From the NCBI GenBank assembly GCA_016839805.1, contig JAEOTO010000031.1:160001-224000 (forward strand): DNA of 64,000 nucleotides. The letters run 5' to 3'. The translations under genes were made by a program, and so were the position numbers. Positions 57,674-64,000 of the stretch are shown piece by piece. Numbering within the stretch: the first letter of the stretch is position 1; each line of letters starts with the position of its first letter. Below the pieces are notes generated by a model. The model was not told where the DNA came from. It searched no databases and was given only the letters and a program-made list of their open reading frames with translations. The DNA comes from Candidatus Hermodarchaeota archaeon (lineage in GTDB: Archaea > Asgardarchaeota > Hermodarchaeia > Hermodarchaeales > Hermodarchaeaceae).

Positions 57674-59632
57674 GTGATTGAAATGGTGAAGAACCCGAAA
57701 ACATTTCCACTCGAATCTCTGCTGTCTGCCCGACGTCTGTTATCTCCACAGTTAGTTGACGAACGTATTTATTTCATCAGTGATTTGAGCGGGATGTATA
57801 GTTTGTTCGTAATGGACAAACAAGGCAGTATCCCAGAGCCACTTCTCCCACGGGGTCTAGCCCTACAAAATCCCCACCTCATGGCAGGATATAATTTTCG
57901 AGTTGTGCCTACACTCAACAAGATCGTGGTAATGGTCGACCAAGATGGTGATGAGAACTATCAACCCTGCTTCATCCCTCTCACCGGTGGAGTTCCTGAA
58001 CCCATTTTTAATGACCGTTATGCTGGACAACAACTCATGTTCATCAGTTACGATAAACCAACTGCAACAGCTTACTTCACCATTGATGATCGGAAAAGCG
58101 CCGATATGGAAACCAATCAAGTTGATCTTACTTCAATGAAAACCCAGTCCTTGGGCACAAGTATTTACGGTAATTATCCAATAGGGTTTTCCAAGAATCA
58201 GGAAACCGTCATTCTTGTTGACACCATCTCAGCAAATGATGACATTCTGTATATCTGGAATAAAGGAGATAAAGAACGAACCCTTCTCTTCGGCACTCCC
58301 CTTGATTTACGCCAAGATGGACAAGACTACCCTTTGCTAGGAATTGGTCGCTGCTTCTTCATACAGGACAACTCGGGACTGATTTTCACAACAACAGTTT
58401 ACGATGATAAGGGTGGTATCGGTTACCTAGAATTAGCCAATCCTTCTACGATTCTTCCCGTGAAAGTCACAGGGATAAAACACAAGGGAGTAGGGGAATT
58501 GAATTGGATGCAACACGTTCATCAAAATATCTACTTGATTGGCTACAACATCGACGGATGCAGTTGGATATATCAAGCAGAGCTAAATGAATCAGTAGAA
58601 CCCCCCCAATTCAAGTTAACTTTGCCACTGATGGGTCCTGCTCCGTTAAAAGATGGCGTCGAATTAGGCGTTGAACCCGCAGTAGATACGTCAAAAACTA
58701 AACCAATGATCGAATATGTTGCTGCATTTACCACCGCAACCTCTCCCTCCCAGTTATATCTCATTAATCCCCAAGTAAAGGAAAACCGCGTCATCCAACT
58801 TTCCAATGAGCGGATTTTAGGGATTGACCAACAGTTTCTAGCCCCTGGAGAAGATGCTAGTTTTACCAGTTTTGACGGGCTGCATATCTCAGCACGATTA
58901 TACCTTCCATCGAAATCGCTGGGATTCAAGGTACCCCATCCATTAATCCTATACGTCCATGGTGGGCCTCAAAGTCAAGAGCGCCCCGACTTTACCTGGT
59001 TCTCCATGCCTCTCATCCAATACTTCACGTTGAATGGATTTGCTGTCTTCGTCCCCAATGTCCGTGGCAGTAGGGGCTATGGTCAAACCTACATGAAGAT
59101 GGTGGATCGTGATTGGGGCGGCGATGATGCCAAAGATCATATTGAGGGCTTGAAATACCTTGAGAAGGATAAACGGGTGGATTCCACGTACCGGGCTGTG
59201 ACCGGTCGGAGTTATGGGGGTTACATGACTCTATGGTTGTCTGCTAACTACCCCGAATATTGGCAAGCTTCCTGCGATATGTTTGGTCCTTATAATCTAC
59301 TGACCTTCACTGAGCGACTTCCTAAGACATGGCAGACTTGGATTCACCACACTATTGGTCACCCAGAAAAAGACCGGGAGTTCTTCATTGAACGGTCACC
59401 CGCAACCTACTTCCATCAGGTAAAATCTCCGATGCTTATTATTCAAGGTGCCAATGATCCTCGAGTAGTGGAAGCAGAATCAGCAGATGTCGTGGAACAA
59501 CTCAGAAAACAGGGAGTAGACGTCGAATACCTAGTCTTTGCTGATGAAGGTCATGGGTTTGGCAAGGTTACTAACTTGATGACAGCTTACAAACGGATTG
59601 TAGCGTTCTTCAAGCAGCATTTGATGACTTGA
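57674..59632 (+). CDS. S9 family (prolyl oligopeptidase/acylaminoacyl) peptidase
   Basis: HGGP, NVRGS.GYG, GRSYGG, QGANDPRV, DEGHG. Confidence 0.93.
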   Translation: MIEMVKNPKTFPLESLLSARRLLSPQLVDERIYFISDLSGMYSLFVMDKQGSIPEPLLPRGLALQNPHLMAGYNFRVVPTLNKIVVMVDQDGDENYQPCFIPLTGGVPEPIFNDRYAGQQLMFISYDKPTATAYFTIDDRKSADMETNQVDLTSMKTQSLGTSIYGNYPIGFSKNQETVILVDTISANDDILYIWNKGDKERTLLFGTPLDLRQDGQDYPLLGIGRCFFIQDNSGLIFTTTVYDDKGGIGYLELANPSTILPVKVTGIKHKGVGELNWMQHVHQNIYLIGYNIDGCSWIYQAELNESVEPPQFKLTLPLMGPAPLKDGVELGVEPAVDTSKTKPMIEYVAAFTTATSPSQLYLINPQVKENRVIQLSNERILGIDQQFLAPGEDASFTSFDGLHISARLYLPSKSLGFKVPHPLILYVHGGPQSQERPDFTWFSMPLIQYFTLNGFAVFVPNVRGSRGYGQTYMKMVDRDWGGDDAKDHIEGLKYLEKDKRVDSTYRAVTGRSYGGYMTLWLSANYPEYWQASCDMFGPYNLLTFTERLPKTWQTWIHHTIGHPEKDREFFIERSPATYFHQVKSPMLIIQGANDPRVVEAESADVVEQLRKQGVDVEYLVFADEGHGFGKVTNLMTAYKRIVAFFKQHLMT

Positions 59633-59814
59633 GCACAACGAAATAAGGCGTCGATTGACCGTCCAACATTCGACAGTTAGCGATTTTTCCGTTCCTTCAA
59701 CGGCAAGGTTTATAACCATTTTTTATCAAACCACGCAAACAGAACGAGAATTTGTTATCCTCTATTCCCTGGAGCATCAAACCCTGAACCAAGTAAACAA
59801 CCAACTAATGAAAG

Positions 59815-60780
59815 ATGAAACTTCCCATGACACTGCTGGACCCACTGAATATTCTGATAGCCCTTGTCATTTTGGGAGTCCTGGCAGTAATTGCGTACAA
59901 GACCCGTATCGTTACGAAATCTGGACTTGTTGCAGCGTTCTTCCTTGGGCTAGCAATTTGGGTATTAACCTCCTGGGCGTGGTTTCTAATCGTTCTTATC
60001 TTCTTCGTTGTAACCGCCCAGTTCACTCATTATAAGTATAAGATGAAACGGCAACATGGAGCCGCCCAAGAAAAAGGAGGTGCCCGGGACTGGTCTCATG
60101 TTCTTGCGAATGGAGCGTTACCCCTAAGCATCATAATTATTGGAGTCTTAACCATTGTTCTCTTTGGGCAGATGAACGCATTTGGTCGACTTGAAGTGGG
60201 CTTGGGCCCCCTCATTATTCCTGCTTCGTTAGTAATTGCTGTAAGTTTTGCGGCCTTCTTAGGAGCTGTCGCAACTGCCACTGCAGACACTCTTGCCACG
60301 GAGATTGGCCTGCTTAATCCATCGCCTCCGAGACTCATTACAAAACCATGGAAAGTTGTACCTCCGGGGACTTCAGGCGGTGTTTCGTTAGCGGGAGAGT
60401 TAGCGACATTAATGGGAACATTACTCATTGGTGGAATCGCGGCATTACTTGCCGCTCCATTTTGGATTAACTTTTTCGGGACGTCCTTAATACCAGAAAT
60501 TACAGGATTCGCTCCGGTCACGATGATTATTGTCGCAATGGTTGGAGGAGTTGTGGGCTGTTCTGTTGATAGTATTTTGGGGGCAACAATTCAGGGCATG
60601 TGGTCGTGTAACGTGTGTGGGAAACAAACTGAAAAGAAACACCACTGTGGTGAAAAAGCCACTTATCTTCGTGGTAACCGCTTTCTAGATAACCACTTTG
60701 TTAATATCGTCTCTTGTCTGATTGGTGCATTCGTAGCCATCGCTCTTTATTTATTCTTGTTTGGCATCAGCTTTGCCTAA
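59815..60780 (+). CDS. DUF92 (TMEM19-like) membrane protein
   Basis: R.W..VLANG, ADTLATEIG, GTSGGVS..G, DSILGATIQ. Confidence 0.9.
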   Translation: MKLPMTLLDPLNILIALVILGVLAVIAYKTRIVTKSGLVAAFFLGLAIWVLTSWAWFLIVLIFFVVTAQFTHYKYKMKRQHGAAQEKGGARDWSHVLANGALPLSIIIIGVLTIVLFGQMNAFGRLEVGLGPLIIPASLVIAVSFAAFLGAVATATADTLATEIGLLNPSPPRLITKPWKVVPPGTSGGVSLAGELATLMGTLLIGGIAALLAAPFWINFFGTSLIPEITGFAPVTMIIVAMVGGVVGCSVDSILGATIQGMWSCNVCGKQTEKKHHCGEKATYLRGNRFLDNHFVNIVSCLIGAFVAIALYLFLFGISFA

Positions 60781-60896
60781 ACCCATTAGTCGATTTCTCG
60801 TTTAACATGATTCAAGAAAAAATAATTTCATTTTGAGTTTGAATTGATATGGAACCGTCTCTCGCTTTCGCACTTCTTGTGTGGAATGGGATGAAT

Positions 60897-61562
60897 TCAT
60901 GCTAGACGTATATGGTCTAGGTCTTCAACTTGTAGTTTTCCAATGTCAGCTGCAGTCTGTAAGACTTGTTCTAGTTCTTGCTGGTCAACATCAAGTGTGA
61001 AATATTTTTTGAGTCCTTGAAGGATGTCCTTTGTACTGAGTGTTCGGTTCTTGTCATTATCGAAGAGTTTGATGGTAAGATTGCGAAGATCTTCAAACCG
61101 GTTCCAAAACCAAATAAACCAGACCCAGTCGCTTTCTTTGACCGTATAATAGTCAGGTTCAATCTCTGAGACAGTTAGATAAAGCATTACAGCGAGTCTG
61201 ACTTCTTTAGCACCAAGGTTGTTGACATATTCGAGGGTTTGAACTGCAGACCGTCCTGTATCAACGATATCATCGATTACTAGAACACGTTTGTCCTTTA
61301 CGGGCAAAGGGGATTGAACTGGAATCACAGCATCTTCTTGGTGTTCAGCGGTTGTATCTAACCAATGTTCGACTTTGAGAGCATAGAGGTTAGAATTACC
61401 CATAAAGTCGGACATAAGACGGCCAGGAACAAAGCCACTTCGGGCAATAGCTAACAGCACGTCGGGTTTATACCCTGATTCTGTGACTTTGAATGCAAGC
61501 TGCTTCGAGTAATTATAAATATCTTCGTAGTTGACGAATTGGCATTTTATGGGCTCAACCAT
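60897..61562 (-). CDS. Type I phosphoribosyltransferase (purine salvage-like)
   Basis: AIARSG, VLVIDDIVDTG, PDYY, W..F.W. Confidence 0.88.
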   Translation of the reverse strand: MVEPIKCQFVNYEDIYNYSKQLAFKVTESGYKPDVLLAIARSGFVPGRLMSDFMGNSNLYALKVEHWLDTTAEHQEDAVIPVQSPLPVKDKRVLVIDDIVDTGRSAVQTLEYVNNLGAKEVRLAVMLYLTVSEIEPDYYTVKESDWVWFIWFWNRFEDLRNLTIKLFDNDKNRTLSTKDILQGLKKYFTLDVDQQELEQVLQTAADIGKLQVEDLDHIRLA

Positions 61563-61641
61563 GAGACACAGCTCCTAATGAGCACATACCAGCCACCAAA
61601 GGATTCACTTCCATAAAAGTGTCTAGCACAGCGAAAGTGTA

Positions 61642-62643
61642 CTATGATTGGGTAGAATAGAATCTGAGTACACAGAGTGCTCGAAGAGTAATCCATTTTG
61701 AAGGCTGTCCTTTCTTTTCAATGTCATGCCAAAATTTGCCATTGAAGCTATGTTTGAGCAGCCATTTTCCATCGGGTTGTTGTGTTTCCAAAACGAGATT
61801 GAGTGCATCTTGTGTACGAGCATCACGGATTTTTAACCGAGCTAAGGTGTCAAGGATTTCGAGGACATCAGAATTGTAGAATAGAGGAAAACCAAAACGT
61901 TTCCACCCTGCTTTTTCCTTTCGGGTTCCATCTGGGTTTCTAAGATATTTGTAAATTTGATTTTCCAAGATGATTTCTACGACTTGATCAATGATTGTGT
62001 TAATTATGCGAGATCGGTATTGTTTTGGAAAAACAGAGAAGCATTTGAGGACTTTGCATAATCCCATGTAACATAACTGTGGGAAGACTGCTTCTTCATT
62101 AATAGGATAAGCGCGACATTTCCATCCGCCCTGGTTTTCGTCGTAGTGGTCAACGAGAAAGTGAATCGTTTTTTGAGTACGTGGATCATCAAGAAAGTCA
62201 AAGTGAGCGAGGTAGTAGAGTATGTTTGCATCAAGGCAACAGGTGTCACTGATTTGACTCGCATAACCTCGGGCAGTTTTCGGACGAACAGTGCTAAAAT
62301 GACCTGAATCAAGTTGGAAAGTAAAGAGGTCTTCGATTCCACGTTCAATCGCCGGTGACCGTTTGAGCCCAAATTCTGCAAGAATGAGAAGAGAATGTGT
62401 CGTGGCTGTATACTTATTGGCGTATATGTGGTTAGGTTTACCCCAGTAACCCTGGGAATCTTGTGCTGCGAGAATAGCCTGCACGACAGGTCCCTGCGCA
62501 ATGGCCTTTTGAGCATTTTGAACTTCATTGCTTGCTGGTGCCCGATCCATGAGATGTTGTAAAGCCCAGTAACGAACACTAGGATTTGAAGGTTCTAAGA
62601 GCCATTCAAGAACTTCAGGTCGAGCGACCTCATTATAATTCAT
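61642..62643 (-). CDS. Prenyltransferase/squalene-cyclase-repeat alpha-barrel protein
   Basis: QW-like motifs QDSQGYW, QLDSGHF, QQPDGKW; FGFP.FY..D.L; PSKWITLRAL. Confidence 0.7.
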   Translation of the reverse strand: MNYNEVARPEVLEWLLEPSNPSVRYWALQHLMDRAPASNEVQNAQKAIAQGPVVQAILAAQDSQGYWGKPNHIYANKYTATTHSLLILAEFGLKRSPAIERGIEDLFTFQLDSGHFSTVRPKTARGYASQISDTCCLDANILYYLAHFDFLDDPRTQKTIHFLVDHYDENQGGWKCRAYPINEEAVFPQLCYMGLCKVLKCFSVFPKQYRSRIINTIIDQVVEIILENQIYKYLRNPDGTRKEKAGWKRFGFPLFYNSDVLEILDTLARLKIRDARTQDALNLVLETQQPDGKWLLKHSFNGKFWHDIEKKGQPSKWITLRALCVLRFYSTQS

Positions 62644-62745
62644 GGCATACAAAAGGAGAGTACACCATAAAAAAGTTAATTCGCCTTTAAGCACTGCCTT
62701 TACTACAATCACTCAACAATGATACTTAGAAACAAGTGAAATGGA

Positions 62746-63549
62746 TCAAACGGCACCTTGTAAGGCCTTCCCACAATCACACCTATCCTGTTTTAGAGAC
62801 ATGGTGGGAATGACTGCCGTGAGGAGCTTTTTGACTTTATCGAGGTTGGCTGCCATCGTTATTTGAACTTCTTCGTGGCTAACAGGTCTTTCAGCGTAAA
62901 CATCATAGTCAGTGATCATAGAAACGTTTGTGAAACAGAGTTCGGCTTCCCGGGCGAGGTAGACTTCGGGATGGAGTGTCATGCCGATAATATGAAAGCC
63001 TTGGGCACGGTAAAACTTGGATTCAGCTTTTGTGGAGAATTGGGGTCCTTCGATAGTGATTATTGTACCCTTGTGGTGATAGGGTAGTTTTAGGACTTTG
63101 GCTTTATCCGCGATGAACTTGGAGAGTTCAGAGCAAAAAGGTTCGGCAACTGAGACATGAGCGACGGTGCCTTCTTCGAAAAATGTGCGCTTTCGGCTGC
63201 GAGTCCAATCGAAGGCTTGATCCGGAATAAATAGATCTCCAGGTTTGATTTCATCTTGGAGGCTGCCAACTGCTGAAACGGTAAGGAGACGTTGAACACC
63301 AAGGGCTTTTAATGCCCAGATGTTGGCTCGATAGTTAACCAAGTGAGGCGGATACATGTGGGTGCGTCCATGGCGGGGAATGAAAGCGATACGACGGTTT
63401 TGAAGAGTTCCAACCATGACTTTGTCAGAAGGAGCGCCAAAGGGCGTGTAGATTTTGTACTCTTTGATATCAGTAAAAACTTCAGGATCATAAACACCAG
63501 TTCCACCAATCATGCCAATTGTTACATTTTCTGGAGGCTCTAGGAGCAT
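62746..63549 (-). CDS. mtnP: S-methyl-5'-thioadenosine phosphorylase
   Basis: IGGTG, PRHG..H, NYRANIWAL, EGPQFSTKAES, GMT..PE..LARE, TDYD. Confidence 0.93.
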   Translation of the reverse strand: MLLEPPENVTIGMIGGTGVYDPEVFTDIKEYKIYTPFGAPSDKVMVGTLQNRRIAFIPRHGRTHMYPPHLVNYRANIWALKALGVQRLLTVSAVGSLQDEIKPGDLFIPDQAFDWTRSRKRTFFEEGTVAHVSVAEPFCSELSKFIADKAKVLKLPYHHKGTIITIEGPQFSTKAESKFYRAQGFHIIGMTLHPEVYLAREAELCFTNVSMITDYDVYAERPVSHEEVQITMAANLDKVKKLLTAVIPTMSLKQDRCDCGKALQGAV

Positions 63550-63714
63550 TTTTCATGACACCTCTTAGGAAATGGAAGCATAACATCTAGGATGAATGAA
63601 AAGCAGGTTCTATACTTAAGTATACATGCTTATTGTGCCCAAACCTGTCTATTAATAACCAGAAACCTGCTAACTGAAAAATGTGATAGGGCGTATCTTG
63701 GGATAGTGTGAATT

Positions 63715-64000
63715 ATGTCACGAGAACGTGAATTAAAATTGGAGACCGAACTTCATGGACGAACCCTCCGTGTTTATTACGAATTATTATCGATTCGAGG
63801 TCCGGTGGGACCCCGTGAGCTACAACGAAAGTTGGGTTTGTCTTCGCCAAGCCTGGCTGCATATCATTTAGACAAGCTCGTTGATCTAGGTCTGGTGAAA
63901 CGTGAAAGGGGTGAATATGCCATTGAAGAGGCAGTCCAAGTGGGAGTGTTAAAACAGTTTATCTGGATAGGACAGCGAGCCCTTCCTCGACATCTATTTT
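63715..64000 (+). CDS. wHTH transcriptional regulator, truncated by window edge
   Basis: Manual translation MSRERELKLETELHGRTLRVY...GPRELQRKLGLSSPSLAAYHLDKL. Confidence 0.85.
   Translation, partial: MSRERELKLETELHGRTLRVYYELLSIRGPVGPRELQRKLGLSSPSLAAYHLDKLVDLGLVKRERGEYAIEEAVQVGVLKQFIWIGQRALPRHLF

Noticed and set aside
61642-62643. Squalene-hopene or oxidosqualene cyclase
   Set aside because: About half the expected length and no DxDD/DCTAE motif.

Overview
Gene-dense archaeal chromosome segment. Evidence: GGTGA/GGAGG Shine-Dalgarno sites, TATA-like promoters, Alba, a PDCD5 homologue, TrmI and AOR. The many zinc-ribbon, Kelch and C-terminally anchored surface proteins suggest an Asgard archaeon (inference, not verified). 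About 60 CDS; no rRNA, tRNA, CRISPR, integrase or transposase was seen. Recognisable modules: SCP2-ADH-AOR, a YdjG/YdjI(SPFH)-like membrane module, duplicated surface-protein genes flanking a wHTH-RDD regulator, NAD salvage (pncA/pncB), a ferritin/DpsL/hemerythrin/PAS cluster, a complete bshABC bacillithiol-type cluster and purine salvage. Top candidates for novelty: (1) a small protein with a eukaryote-type E2F/DP winged-helix domain (RRxYD motif) next to PDCD5 and Alba; (2) a GC-rich ~170-nt structured leader/ncRNA with mutually exclusive pairings upstream of bshA; (3) an unannotated 26-aa Pro/Trp-rich peptide gene converging on a tandem Lrp-like regulator; (4) a repeated intergenic motif (TTGGGGTCACATAA-like) bracketing accessory genes like cassettes. 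All family calls come from motif recognition by eye; no searches were run.
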